A DNA stretch of 64,000 nt from Octopus vulgaris. Lineage: Eukaryota. This document shows, piece by piece, positions 27,140-41,061 of this stretch. The notes under the pieces are model-generated. The model worked only from the letters and a program-made list of their open reading frames with translations. It did not search any database and was not told the DNA's origin. A program made the translations under genes and the position numbers. The DNA lies in NCBI GenBank assembly GCA_951406725.2, contig OX597820.1, forward strand, positions 98,270,001 through 98,334,000. Reading direction: 5' to 3'. How positions within the stretch are numbered: the stretch's first letter is position 1; each line of letters begins with the position of its first letter.

Positions 27140-29975
27140 TTTAAGACAAGACCTAAGTAGAATAGAAACCTGGAAAGATTTAAATCTTCTCTTGAGAAAA
27201 GATATTTAGTCAAAGAGAAAGGATTTGGGACAGTCATAGAAGAGTTGAAACAGCGTATCATAGTAGTAGCAGATAAGCTCTCCAGAAGGCGGTGAGCTGG
27301 CAGAATCGTTAGCACGCTGGGTGAAATGCTTAGCGGTATTTCGTCTGATGCTACGTTCTGAGTTCAAATTCCGCCGAGGTCGACTTTGCCTTTCATCCTT
27401 TCGGGGTCGATAAATTAAGCACCAGTTACGCACTGGGGTCGATGTAATCGACTTAATACCTATGTCTGTCCTTGTTTGTCCCCTCTGTGTTTAGCCCCTT
27501 GTGGGTAATAAAGAAATAGGTATTTCGTCTGCTGCTACGTTCTGAGTTCAAATTCCGCCGAGGTCGACTTTGCCTTTCATCCTTTCGGGGTCGATTAAAT
27601 AAGTACCAGTTACGCACTGGGGTCGATATAATGGACTGAATCCATTTGTCTGTCCTTGTTTGCCCTCTCTGTGTTTAGCCCCTTGTGGGTAGTAAAGAAA
27701 TAGGTAAGCTCTCCAGATATCAGAAAAGAATAGATTATTTGAGACAGACCAGAGGCGATTTTGTAATCAAATAAATAGGGGAGAAGACAGTACTGAAAAT
27801 GAGATACCTAATGCAAAAGAAGATAGAAAGGTCAGGAGTAATGTTTGGGATGAACCAGAAGCGGTATGGTTAAAGAAAATGAGGGAGGAAAGAAGCAGTG
27901 CATTAATGCATTAATGAGTAAAGTGCATTAATGAGTAAAGTGTTAGAAAATATGCCGAATTGGAAGGGCCCAGGACCAGATTTATTTCAAGGGTACTGGC
28001 TAAAGAAATTTAATAGTTTACATGGGAGGCTGAGGAAATAACTTCAGGATTTTCTGAATGGAGGAATAATACCAGATTGGATGACTAGAAGAAGAACAAT
28101 ACTCCTTATGAAAGATAAAAACAAGGGTAAAACAGCTAGTAATTATAGACCAATTACGTGATTACCATTAGTGCAGAAGCTGTTAAAAGGAATGTCTTCA
28201 GATAGCATTTACGATTACCTTCACACTACTTAATTTACTGCTAGAGGAATAGAAAGGTTGTTGGAAGAAGGCTAGAGGAAGGCATGATATATTATACATA
28301 GGCACAGCAGTTCTAAATGAAGTAAATGCCAGAAAGAAAAATCTAACAATAGCATTGACAGGTGACAAAAAACCTATGGATAACTGAATATTTGAGTATA
28401 TCCAGTAAAGCAGTAAAACATAAGAAAATTAATTAGCTTTAGTATGAAGAAATGGAAAGTGGATCTCTACTCAGGTGACACAATCTTAGGGAAAGTTAAT
28501 ATCAAGGGATGAATTTTCCAAGGAGACATGTCATATTCTTTAATATTTGTCTGATGTTTGATCCTTTCGGTTTTGTATTAAGGATGGCAAAAGCGGGTTC
28601 AGAAATAGTAGGGGAAAAATTTACCATTTGCTCTACATGATTGATCTGAAGTATTTTAGTAAGAATGAAAGATAGATTCCTTAATACACTCTATAAGACT
28701 CTTCAGCAAAGATATAGGCATGTAATTTGGCATAGATAAGTGTGCAATATTAATCATGAGAAGTGGACAGGTAGTCAACAGCAAAAGCGTCCAATTACCA
28801 AATGGCCAGACATTAAAATCATTAAAAGAAGGAGAGAGTTATAAGTAACTAGGAGTATTAGAATCTGATAGAGTACTCACAATAGAAATATGAACGAAAG
28901 TTGAAGAGGAGTATATCAGGAGGGTGCGGAAGATAATGAAGTCAAAGCTAAATGGTCCGAATCTAGTGAAGGCTGTAAAAACTTGGGCAGTATCATTGGA
29001 CAAACACTGAATTAACAAAGCTGGACAGAAGAACTAGGAAAGAATTCAAAGTGAATGGAGAACACCACCCAAAGGATGGAGTACCAAGATAATACTTTCC
29101 TATAAAGGAAGGTAGAAGAGAGCTAATATCAGTAGAAGATGCGTGGAGTTAGCTAGAGTAGATATAGACTTCTTTGTAGGGGATAGTGAAGAAAGTTTAT
29201 TAAGAGCTGCTAGAGTCACAGCAAACCAAAACACCAACCGAAATTTAAAACCAGGAAAAGTTATCTAACTGGAAAGAAAGTTACCTAACCAGAAAGAGTT
29301 ATCTATCAAAAGTGATCTAATTGGAAGGAGAAGGCTTTGCATGGTAGATTTCCAAAGATAGTTGTCGCAAGTAGTAGTTGTGAGACATGGATATGTTTGC
29401 AGAAAGGAAGGCTTGAAAGGGAGACAGAAAGTTTGTTAGTAGCAGTAGAAGAACAAGCATTAAAGACTAATTGGGTAAAAGCCAAGATAGACAAAAACCA
29501 AGTAGATTCCCAATGTAGGTTATGCAAGTCAAAAGAGGGAAGTGTTACTTTTATAGTATGTGAATATAGCATGCTGGAACATAAAGAATACAAGAAAATG
29601 CATGACAACCTAGGGATAGTAATCCACAATGTAGGAAGCTAGGATTTGAACATACTGATATATAGTTTAAACATGAACGTAGTAAAATACTAGAAAGTAA
29701 AAAAATATAAGATGTTGCGGGACTTTAGCATTCAGAGTGACAGAGTAATAAAAGTTAGATGGCCTGATTTAGTAGTAGTAGACAAAGAGAATAGAAAGTG
29801 CCAGATAATTGACTTCACAGACCAAAATGATGAAAAGATCAATATGAGAGGTTTAGCTAAGTATCAGGACCTAACCATTAAATTACAGAGACTGTGGAAA
29901 GTGCGGGTAAAATATATCCCGGTAGTTAAAGGTACAGAGGAACTATGCCTTATGATTTGAACAGATGGATCTGTT
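27140..29975 (+). pseudogene. Decayed R4/Dong-like LINE ORF (RT + CCHC + RLE), interrupted by a SINE dimer
   Basis: EELKQRI, PNWKGPGPDLFQGYWLKKF, NYRPIT, G*IFQGD, HLLYMIDLK, FGIDKCA, YK*LGVLE, HGRF, QCRLCK, RWPDLVVVDK..IIDF in the expected order; many stops and frameshifts. Confidence 0.9.
27287..27704 (+). mobile_element. SINE family B dimer (one head, two bodies)
   Basis: Head GGCGGTGAGCTGGCAGAATCGTTAG with B-box GAGTTCAAATTCC; exact 13-bp TSD TAAGCTCTCCAGA at 27274-27286 and 27705-27717. Confidence 0.93.
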
Positions 29976-29994
29976 CTAACAAAATATTACAGCT

Positions 29995-32020
29995 ACAGTT
30001 AAAACTTTCCCCAGGAATACAAACATCTGAAACATTTCTATTTGTCAATTGTTATATAGTCACTTTCACTTCATCGAAACATGGATCCAATGCAAGAGAG
30101 TCAATTACGGGTCTATGGGGATTGTATTTGAGTTAATATCTACATTTTTATCTCTATTTAGTACTTCTTTAAAAGGTTCTACTCAACGTTTCTATATAGC
30201 ATTGCCATCTGTGAGATTCCCTTCTATAGAAAAAACAGGAGTGCCCCTTCTTTACTTGCACCAAATAACCCTTTCAAATCTTGATAAGGGCCCTTCATGT
30301 CACGTTTGTCAGCTGATTTTTACAGATCTTAAGCCTTTTTTAGCCACACCACTGTTGCTTCATTTTTAGGAGTTTAGTTTGATTAGAGTTTTGGCAGACT
30401 TGTAAAGCTTTTTCCTTCTAACAATGTTCTTATCGGCAATCCATTCTTTATAAATTCTGTACATTTCTTGAAGCTGTTCATTTATAAGCTCATCATTTTC
30501 ATCAAACCAGTCTTGGTTTTTACAGCTTGGAAACCTAAGAACTTCAGATGACTCATAAATAGTATCTCTAAGTTGACCCCATGATTCTTCCATATTTTCG
30601 GTGATTCAAACATTATGAAGTATACTAGCCATATCAATATGCAAACATTATGAACCATTCCATCAATTGTGTGAGCGAAAATATCCTTGTCGTTTTTACT
30701 TTGTGCTTTGAAATATCAAATTCCCTTATGATTATTTTCTACTATTTTGTTGTATAGACGGCTTTGAACTCATTGTTACCTCACTACAAAACATAGTATG
30801 ATCAGAACAGTATTCTGCCTTACGGAAAGAATGTATAAAGTTAGCATCATTTTTATCAGGGTTTCGAACAATGTCATTGTTAGTCAAGTGGCCATGACCT
30901 CATATAGAATGATACCAAGTTATTTTGTTTTTGTTGGGGTATTGAAAAAGTGTATTGGTGACCGAACATCTAAGCTCACTGCACAAAGATAGTAGCAGAA
31001 GATCATGCCAAGACCATGCTAACTAAGAATATTTGGTCAAGAAAGGTAATCTGATTCCACACTGGCATTAAATTCTCCGAAAAAAAAATATCTTGACTGG
31101 GAATTGGGTTCAGAAAAATTCGTTAATCGGAATAGAATTTGTCTTTAGCGGCATCTGTAGAACTAAGTTCTGGTACTTATGCACTTACTATTGTAGCATA
31201 TTTAACTAGGTCAAGTGCGATTCGCAAAAACATAAGACGATCGGTAGTTCCATTGAAGAAGAATTCTAGTTTATGTACAATAATATCTTTACTAATATCG
31301 AAACTCACACCAGATTCCGTTTTTCCTGCCACAAATTTACCAATCCGGAAGAAAGTGTACCCTCAACTACTTTATTCAGCTGACCAAAATCTGGCAGCCT
31401 TGTCTCCAAAAGCAACACTAACAGTTTTACATATAAGAGATCTGTCAGTGCTGTTTTACATTTAGGATGCCTTTTGTAGTCCTAAAGTGGGAGCACGTTC
31501 CATGTTGTTATGCTCAAATCTGTTTTTTCCCCTTGTTTTCTATATTTTTTCGACAGCATGGCTGAAAGAAAGTCATTCGCAGTATAATGACTGGGTGGTG
31601 TAAGCAAGCAGTTTTTAGAGCACCTTCTGTAGTCCCTTCCGCATACAAGAGAAACATTCCTAGTCTGCTTAGTAGTTAAGAAGACACGGACTGTGAAATT
31701 GCTCACATAGATTTAACAGGACAAGATACTTCTTAGCACTATAAGCAAAAGGCAATCTAGAGAACCCCAGTGATTTTCTCCACCTGTCCCCGTTGCCATC
31801 CCTTCATTGCCGAAGGATTTGATTTGTCCTCGTGTTGTTACTAAAAGCCTGCATAATGAGTTTGTTTAAAGCGGAATTTGCCTTTGCTGAACGAAACCCA
31901 CTCTCACTACAAAGACAGCATAACCTGTATTGATGCATAGTGTGCCACTTGTCAGATGCAGACTAGGTCGCAGATCTAGTAATGTTGGTATGAATTGATT
32001 GATCAACAAATGGGTTGAGG
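29995..32020 (-). pseudogene. Decayed RTE-clade LINE, 5' part (putative 5' UTR, APE endonuclease, linker)
   Basis: LSITTWNV, KNQDWFDENDELI, ADKRDMKG.YQDLKGLFG and FKEVLNR remnants typical of RTE ORFs; 5' boundary uncertain. Confidence 0.75.
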
Positions 32021-32310
32021 GTTGATGTGTGTGTATACATACATACATACATACATACATACATACATACATACATACATACATACATACATGCATACAT
32101 ACATGCATACATACATGCGTATTAAATTTCAAAATACTCATAAAATAAAAGATACATATACAATATATAAATATGTAGACACAGTAGTTGGATGGCCGTT
32201 GACTACTCATCAGTTCCTCCGCCCATTCAGCAATTTTACTTTTCATCCCGCAGGGCGTCTAACAATCACCCTCCTCACTAAGCAAAGCAAGCAAGCAAGC
32301 TCGGTGGGGG

Positions 32311-32542
<232 letters not shown>

Positions 32543-33622
32543 GTGCTGAAATTATATTTCTGTGGACAGCGGGATACATTCCATGTACGTAAAATGATTT
32601 CTAAAACTACTGGATAAATAAAATAGAAATACCTCGATTAGATACAGATATATTAGAAATGTGCTTAAATTTATTTAGCACAGTAAAATAAGACTCTAGT
32701 TAATCAAATCAAAATGCCAAACTCATACTGTGATTGTGCATACGTGAGTGTGCAGTATGTGTATATGTACATACGCTGCATATACACTCACTCACACACG
32801 CACACGCGCGCATGTCTATATTGCATACATATGTGTGTGGTTGTATGCGAGTGATATATCTGATTGCCAGTGAATGCGAATCTGTCTGTGTGCGTGTTTG
32901 TGTGTGTATTTGCGAAAGGGTGTGCGTATGAATATCCACCAGATTTTATGCGAATGTCTATATGAATATGTGTGCGGCGTATGTGCGCGTATTTACATGT
33001 GAGTGAACGTGTGTGTATAATCGTTGTGTGTATGTGTGCTGTAATTGAAGAAGGGCAAGAGAGGTCGTGTTTGAAATTTGACTACTCTGTTGATGCCAGT
33101 GGTTATATCTAATAAAACAACATAGACAGACTGGATAACAGAACGCTGTTTTGACTGCTTGCTCGATTCAGCATATCATAGCAAAGAGCCTAGAAGTCGC
33201 TTACTTGACAGCGCTTTTCACTCAGAGTTAAAACGTCGTGGGTTTCTCTGACTGCGTGTGTGCGTGTGCGTGAGTGTAGTCGTTTTGATGACATGCTTGA
33301 GTATGTGTTTCTACATAGAAACGCATATTTATATATGCCTACAGATAGTCATATATTCGCGTATGTATTTTAGTACAGGTACTGCCGAGGCAAGTTCAAA
33401 AATCATGTACATAAATGATGATTACTGACATATGCATACAGAATTATTTAAGGTTTACTTAAATTTTGATGGATTCCAGACCGATAAAGCACATCGTGGT
33501 TAGCGGGTTATATAAAGTGGAGAATAGGCTTGATGATGATCCAGCATGATAACAGATCAAGGATTTTAAACTGTGAAACTACATAGGTGTGTGTACCAAC
33601 ATTTATATACATATATATATGC

Positions 33623-33686
<64 letters not shown>

Positions 33687-33690
<4 letters not shown>

Positions 33691-33966
33691 GTGACCGACC
33701 AGGCTATCAGATGCTGTTACACATCGCTGGTCACAATGCGCTTCGCATTGTTTTAGCCTTCAAATGATGCCACCTCGGTGGCTAAGCGAGCAGGCCAACA
33801 GAAGAAAGAGTGAGAGAAAGTTGTGGCGAAAGAGTACAGCAGGGATCGCCACCACCCCCTGCGGGAGTCTCGTGTTGCTTTAGGTGTTTTCGCTCAATAA
33901 ACACTCACAACGCCCGGTCTGGGAATCGAAACCGCTGCCCTAACCACTAGGCCATTGCGCCTCCAT
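33687..33966 (-). mobile_element. SINE family A head with tail type 2
   Basis: Head and body match 1101-1290 (short deletion in the head); tail matches 15810-15932; (TA)n flanks. Confidence 0.88.
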
Positions 33967-33979
33967 ATATATATATATG

Positions 33980-34256
33980 TATTTTATTTATGCGCTCTTT
34001 TCAAGCCTAGCCAGGCTCATGGGCCTGGTTTCCTGGTTTCTGAGGCGTATGTGTCCCCCCCCCCCCCAGCTGGAAGGCACACCAGTCCATCGCAGCGTTA
34101 CTCAAGAAACAGGAAGAAAGAGTGAGAGAAAGTTGGGGGTGAAAGAGTAAAACAGGGTTCGCCACTACCCCACTGCCGGAGCCTCGTGGAGCTTCTAGGT
34201 GTTTTCGCTCGATAAACACACACAACATCCGGTCTGGGAATCGAAACCGCGATCCT

Positions 34257-34258
<2 letters not shown>
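33980..34258 (-). mobile_element. SINE family A (5'-truncated head) with tail type 3
   Basis: Body matches 1150-1297; tail matches 16157-16253. Confidence 0.85.
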
Positions 34259-34292
<34 letters not shown>

Positions 34293-34365
34293 TTATGAAT
34301 GTGAGTGACCGTGTGAAACTATATGTCTAAATTAATGTGTGAGTGTATCTCTGTATACAATAATA

Positions 34366-34506
34366 TTAGGTTGTCCCAAAAGTTCGTAAACACTTGCGAA
34401 AATTGAATTTTTACTCGCCAAGTACTAACAAAAACAACAAAAATTATTCCTCAAAATAAAGACCAGTATTTTCCAAGACTTTCTACGAACTTTTGGGACA
34501 ACCTTA
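34366..34506. mobile_element. Mariner-type MITE (~140 bp)
   Basis: 23-bp TIRs TTAGGTTGTCCCAAAAGTTCGTA / TACGAACTTTTGGGACAACCTTA (1 mismatch), TA on both flanks. Confidence 0.88.
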
Positions 34507-35069
34507 TATATGTTTAATGCGATAGAGTGACAAGTTGCTAACAATCATAATTTCAGTATTAAGGGTGGGGACATTTAATGATAACTAATAAATGAAGAAA
34601 ATGAACACTCTAGAATGTACTATTTCTTGTAAACGGCTTAATTTATGTATAATTAGATATTTTACCCATAGATTTAACGTTATTTTAGTTGGCAAAAAAT
34701 AAGAAAGTAATCCACGGGGATGAAAACCTGCGTGAAGTGGATTTGAAAACACTTATACTGTTTAACTGTCTTAAAATATCGTCTACAGACGTCTACAAAT
34801 TACCCTCTTGAACACTGACAAACAACGTTTCACAATACTCTCAAAAAATGCACTACATTACAGGTACAACAAAAGCGACAGCAATGGTAATAACAAAACA
34901 AAAAGCCTTGTGAGTGGATTTGGTAGACAGAAGCTTAAAGAAACCCGTCCTATATATATATATTTCTTTACTACCCTTTGTCTGTCCTTGTTTGTCCCCT
35001 CTATGTTTAGCCCCTTGTGGGAGACAAACACAGACTCACAAACATATGCACACAAACATATACACACAT

Positions 35070-35136
<67 letters not shown>

Positions 35137-35137
35137 C

Positions 35138-35346
35138 AGTTAATCCAAACAAGAAAACACAAAGAGAAAACACAACAAGGCGAGGACGTGGAACAAATAT
35201 AGTATGATTGGACGCTCAGGAAAGAAGGAAAGAAGGAGGGTTTAACGTTTCGAGCGGAGCTCTTCGTCGGAAACATAGGAGAAGGAAAGATCCAGAGAAG
35301 GGAAGACAGAGGAAAAAAAATCGCCAACGGTACACACGAGGTCACA
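35138..35346 (-). mobile_element. (TA)n-associated element type HB with hammerhead-like motif (35240-35274)
   Basis: Near-identical to 37954-38132 and 45301-45502; minus strand GUUU-CCGACGA-A-GAGC-UCC-GCUC-GAAA-CG-UU-AAAC. Confidence 0.8.
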
Positions 35347-35470
35347 TGGGCTTCTTTCAGTTTCCGTCTACCAAATCCACTCACAAGGCTGTGGTGAGCC
35401 CGAGAATATAGTAGAAAACACTTGCCGAAGGTTCCACGCAGTGGGACTGAACCCGGAACCATGTGGTTCA
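35347..35470 (-). mobile_element. SINE family C, 5' body fragment
   Basis: GGGCTTCTTTCAGTTTCCGTCTACCAAATCCACTCACAAGG..GCAGTGGGACTGAACCCGGAACCATGTGG. Confidence 0.85.
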
Positions 35471-36616
35471 TTACTTTGTCTTGTATGATTTGTTTGCATC
35501 TTTTGTGATACGATTCTAAATAGCAAAACGTTGATGTGTAAAGCTCATTAAGAAGTACTATAATATCTTAATATATTTATTCACAAAATTCAAGAAAATA
35601 CTTATAGTGAGCTGCATTTATCTAGCAATTTATTTATTTATTTATTTATTTATTTATTTTTGAATAATTTCGAATGGTTGTGTTTTAAAAATATTACAAA
35701 ATCATAAATATCAGTGTTAGCGAAATATTATGGCATTATATTGTCTTCGTGCCAGTCACTGTTAAACAATGTTATGTAATGTATATACTTAGCAGCATCC
35801 GGCGAGACATTGATGTCACAAGAATACAGTTGCTTGACATTCTATGTAAGTACGTCGCATCACTTGCATTTGGGAATGTAGACGAGAAAACATAGCACCA
35901 GTTTGAGAATTTTCGTAATCAAATGTGGAATCACTTCAGTAGAATTGAAGGAAATTGGATGCGCTCAAGAAATTTGATTTCACGGACATGTCCAAAATCA
36001 GCATTAATTCTATTTTTTGCTTTGTTATGTTCTTTTATTTCCTTCAAATATACGAGCAGGTAATGAAAATACTATTCGTTATAACAGGGGTAAGATGCTT
36101 TGTCTCATATAAGAGTTGTCCCATTATTGGAAACTCTACATCTTGTGCGTTTGAGCGTATTTAGTTTTCTCTGACGGCAAGACTAAAATAAGTTTAAATA
36201 GTCGTGGTGAGTGAAAAACCTAAGGTTTTTCTCTTTGCCTAAGAGAGAGAGAGAGGGGGGGTGAAAGAGAGAAAGCTTGGAGAAAAAAGTGAGGGGCGTT
36301 GTCGCTTAATATTGTGGGGTCTCAACAATAACTGACAAATATACTTATCAATTGAACCCTCGTATGAATCATTTGTTGCTTACACAAACATCACTGGTTT
36401 TCTGAAATACCAGATTATCTTTAAAAATCTTTGAGTTGCTAAAACTTTGAAACGAGCTCATGGTAACCAGCTAGCAGATATACATACATACCCATATACG
36501 TACATACATACATACATATATACATACATACATGCATGCACGCATGCATGCAAGCATACATACATACATACATACATACATACATACATACATACATACA
36601 TACATACATACATACA

Positions 36617-36772
36617 TGGTGGCTGCCTTCTCGTTATCGAGTATGGCCATTGGACAAAGCTTAATCAATGTTGTTATCGTGCAATGCTTGTGCAAGAAGA
36701 CTTTTTTTAAGACTCACTAACCAACAGCAGCCATAATCCGAAAAGAAGAACAAGTCAACATCATCGGTAACC
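36617..36772 (-). mobile_element. Probable RTE LINE extreme 3' end
   Basis: Terminal stem-loop CTCGATAACGAG..GGCAGCC resembling RTE 3' ends; short island between (TACA)n arrays. Confidence 0.4.
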
Positions 36773-36806
36773 ATACATACATACATACATACATACATAC
36801 ATACAT

Positions 36807-37200
36807 AAAACCAGAAAGGAGAAAGCTGATTTGAAGACTACAGTTCCAAGCCATAACTGAAACTGTAAAAGTCTGTAAAACTTTCCAGAAGTTTATCATT
36901 TAGTCAAGATATGCAAGTACATTCATGAGAAGACATAGATAAAACAAAACATGCAAATCTACACTTATACCTATGTACATACCTAGATACCTACCTTCCT
37001 ACCTACCTACCTACCTACCTACCTACCTACCTACCTACATACATACATAGATACATACATACATACATACATACATGAATACATACATACAAAATACCCT
37101 GTTTTTGATGTTGAAATTCCAATGAATGTGCCTTGTATCTACGTTAGAAACTGGCTCTTTCTCTGTTGGCAAGAGACCTTGAAATAAAACCGAATAATGA
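36807..37200 (+). pseudogene. RLE-type LINE 3' end embedded in (TACA)n
   Basis: KPERRKLI*RLQFQAITETVKVCKTFQKFII* plus 3' UTR GATGTTGAAATTCCAATGAA..GAAATAAAACCGAATAATGA shared with 21240-21349. Confidence 0.75.
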
Positions 37201-37216
37201 CATGCATGTCTGTCTG

Positions 37217-37299
<83 letters not shown>

Positions 37300-37308
37300 G
37301 TCAGTTTG

Positions 37309-37367
<59 letters not shown>

Positions 37368-37411
37368 GTCTCTCTGCCTCACACTCTCTCTCTCTCTCTC
37401 TCACCTTCTCT

Positions 37412-37448
<37 letters not shown>

Positions 37449-37908
37449 GCCTCCGACCAGCGCCGTGACAACATCGTTGTCCTTGTTCGCCGTTAAGGCA
37501 TTTTTTCCAAAATACGCCAGCCAAACTTGTTTGCACTGTTATTAGTCGTAAGACACCTGCTGTTTTTACCATTATTGCTTTTGTATTTCATGTTTTTGTA
37601 TTTCATTATTGTTTTTTTTGTTTTTTATATTCGTGTGGCACCGTCTGTTTTGCTGTCCCTGTGTTCGAATGCATTCGATCCTTCTTCCAGGAAATCTACG
37701 CTCCTAGCTTAGTTTTTCTAATGCTCGTTGCTTAGTTTTTCCTGGAGGGCTGGCCGGATCTAGTAATCTCAAGATTAATCAGCCGAAATTACTACGATGA
37801 TCCGGTTCTTGACTGAAGACTGAGGGCTTCGAATGTCCTGTCTGTGTTTGTTGTATCGTCTTCTAAGTGTTATGCGTTCTTGTCTCAGTTTGTATTTTTC
37901 TACATATC

Positions 37909-37953
<45 letters not shown>

Positions 37954-37957
<4 letters not shown>

Positions 37958-38132
37958 GATCCAAACATGAAAACACAAAGAGAAAACACAACAACGCGAG
38001 GACGTGGAACAAATATAGTATTATTGGACGCTCAGGAAGGCAGGGAAGAAGGAGGGTTTAACGTTTCGAGCGGAGCTCTTCGTTAGAAACATAGGAGAAG
38101 AAAAGATCCAGAGAAGGGAAGACAGAGGAAAA
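37954..38132 (-). mobile_element. (TA)n-embedded element type HB with hammerhead-like motif (38056-38090)
   Basis: Near-identical to 35138-35320; core reads CUAACGA; (TA)n on both sides. Confidence 0.8.
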
Positions 38133-38811
38133 TATATATATGTCAAGGAAAATGAGCCGTAGAACTTATGTTTTTAAATCTTATTCTTATTCCATCTTTC
38201 CCTCTCACCGAACTTCAATGTTATACCAACGACAAAAATAGAAATGAAATAGATTCCTGACAAAAGGATTCTGTCCCTTCGAATAAAAATAAGTAACTGT
38301 AGCGCACGGGCTTAAATCTTTCGAAAAGTTGCTTAAATAACGCAGTATGTATGTAGTTGATAGCTAGGGTACGTATAATATTCTCAAGGAAAGCTCGTCG
38401 ATAATACTTCCAATTTTGACATTTTGGTGCGTTACTAAATCTGTAAAAGTAAATACGTTTTGTCGAAAACATAAGTATTTGATTAGGGGGATATATTGTT
38501 GCATGAATTTTAAGCAAAAGGAATGTTGTCCTTATGTCTTGGTTTCTTTCTTTCTATGCAATGGCAAAACGTGTCGAAATACAGACATGAAATATGTAAG
38601 TGAATAAGCGTATATGCGTGTATGTGTGTGTCTGCATGTGTGTAGGTGTATGTGTGTGTTTGTATTCCTGTATTTATGTACAAGTATGCATGCATATACA
38701 TTCATGTACGAATGTAGATAGAAATATATTCACGTATATGCATAACTATATATATACATATACATCTCTCACTATGTATATATACACAAATGAATATGTA
38801 TGTATGTATAA

Positions 38812-38845
<34 letters not shown>

Positions 38846-38896
38846 CTGTGTGTGCGTGTGTGTATAATATATATATACATATATACATATATATAA

Positions 38897-38928
<32 letters not shown>

Positions 38929-39006
38929 TCACACACACACATGTAAATCTCTACATATATATGCATATATATACAAAGTAATATAATAAAAAATACAATA
39001 TAATAT

Positions 39007-39108
<102 letters not shown>

Positions 39109-39687
39109 GCTTGGATGGGTATCTATTTTTATAAAAACTGCACAAGCCCCCGTGCATTTATTGGCATTTCTGTACTTAAAACACAGAGTTGCATGTTTCT
39201 CATACGAACGAATGTCTAAACGATTAAGTATAAAAAGGGGCTCTCTGTTCTGCGAAAGCTTTACACATGATGACCCGCAGACATATAAGCGTATATAAAT
39301 AACACATACATCACATGCACACGGAAACAAAGTCACTCTGACACACGTTTATGGCATAGAAACGCGTTAACTCGAAAACATAAATAGACACGTATAAACC
39401 ATGTGTCTATGTGTGAGTGCCTGTCTGAGTTTGTATATACTTCAGCCAGTTTTAGAGTGCTTTTCTGTGAGACGTTACTAGTGTATAAACGGAGGGAGAA
39501 GTATACTTGTGAAACACATGTCTGTATATTATCTCGATACAACACACCGCACTTGATATTTGATTTTTTTTTTTAAATCAAAAATCTACTTCGTAATTAG
39601 TTGAACAATTATTTAGCGATTCTAAACTTAGTGTCAAGCAAATAATCTTCTCTATATATTTTGTTGTCTAACTTGTATCTCTTATCC

Positions 39688-40125
39688 TTCACTTATTTCA
39701 GTCATTAGACTGCGGCCATGCAGGGGCAGCGCCTAGGAGAATTTTCTCTTTTCTCTCGAATGGATCGAACCCCAGTACTATATTTTTAAGTCTGGTAACT
39801 TATTCTATCGATCATACATGCATATTCATGTACGTATGTAGATAGACATATACTTATGTATATGTCTGTCGAACCGCTAAGTTACGGGGAGGTAAACTCA
39901 CCGACACTGGTGGTGGGTAAAACGCACATACACATACATACTCAAACATACACACACATACATACTCACACACATATACGATGGGCTTTTAGCAGTGTCC
40001 GTCTACCATATCCACTCACAAGGGTGTGGTTGACCCGGGGCCATAGTAGAAGACATATGGTGCCACGCAGTGAGACTGATCCTGGAACCATGCGATTAGG
40101 AAGCAAGCTTCTTACGACACGGCCA
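39688..40125 (-). mobile_element. SINE family C, diverged
   Basis: TTTCAGTCATTAGACTGCGGCCATGC..GAACCGCTAAGTTACGGGGA..CCACTCACAAGG..GGAACCATG. Confidence 0.8.
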
Positions 40126-40267
40126 CACATATATGTGGTTATGTATAATACAACATATATTAATGGACATAGCTCGACGGAATGGCTAAGAATTTCTTGT
40201 GACTTATTTTTGGTCCGATCCAAGGTTTGTAAATGAAATTGGGTGGAAAGAAACTGTAGAAATAGCT

Positions 40268-40522
40268 TTGTCAAACGTTGTTTTTCGTTGTCAAACGTTG
40301 TTTTTCGTTGACAAACGTTGTTTTTCGTTGACAAACGTTGTTTTTCGTTGACAAACGTTGTTTTTCGTTGATAAACGTTGTTTTTCGTTGACAAACGTTG
40401 TTTTTCGTTGATAAACGTTGTTTTTCGTTGATAAACGTTGTTTTTCGTTGACAAACGTTGTTTTTCGTTGACAAACGTTATTTTTCGTTGATAAACGCTG
40501 TTTTTCGTTGTTTTTCGTTGAC
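40268..40522. repeat. 20-bp minisatellite (TTG(A/T)(C/T)AAACGTTGTTTTTCG), ~12.5 copies
   Basis: Directly visible. Confidence 0.96.
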
Positions 40523-40837
40523 TGTAGAATACTCAGGCACTTATATGCTAATTCAATGAGCAGCAAATTCACTTAATCGAAAAATTGAATCTTCATCCCC
40601 AAAAGTAACACATGCATTTATTTACATACATTAAGTCCCGCTGTTTATACCTATACATATACACATGCATACGCCCGTGCACACACGCGCACATACATAC
40701 GCCCACGCTCACGCACAGGCACATACACACGCACACATATATATATATTAATATTTGTTTTTATGTTCAGTTATAAAAACAATTTTACACTAATATGATG
40801 GGTTACTCTATGCATTTGGTGAGTACAGTCTTTTATT

Positions 40838-41036
40838 CTTTTATTCATTTACTCGTTTCAGTCATTTGACTGCAGCCATGCTGGTGCACCACCTCAAAGG
40901 GTTTTAGTCGAAGAAATTGAACTCAGGTCTTATTTTTTGTAAGGCTAGTACTTTTTCGACCGGTCTCTTTTGCTGAACCGCTAGAATACGAGGACATAAA
41001 TATACCACTATCCGTTGTCAAGCGAATTCGGGGCAC
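40838..41036 (-). mobile_element. SINE family C, 3' half
   Basis: TTTCAGTCATTTGACTGCAGCCATGCTGG..GAACCGCTAG..GTTGTCAAGCG. Confidence 0.75.
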
Positions 41037-41061
41037 ACAGTCAAATATATATATATTTGAC

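Noticed and set aside
39966-40572. ORFs with STKNNVCQRKTTFVNEKQRL repeats
   Set aside because: Translations of the 20-bp minisatellite in all three minus-strand frames
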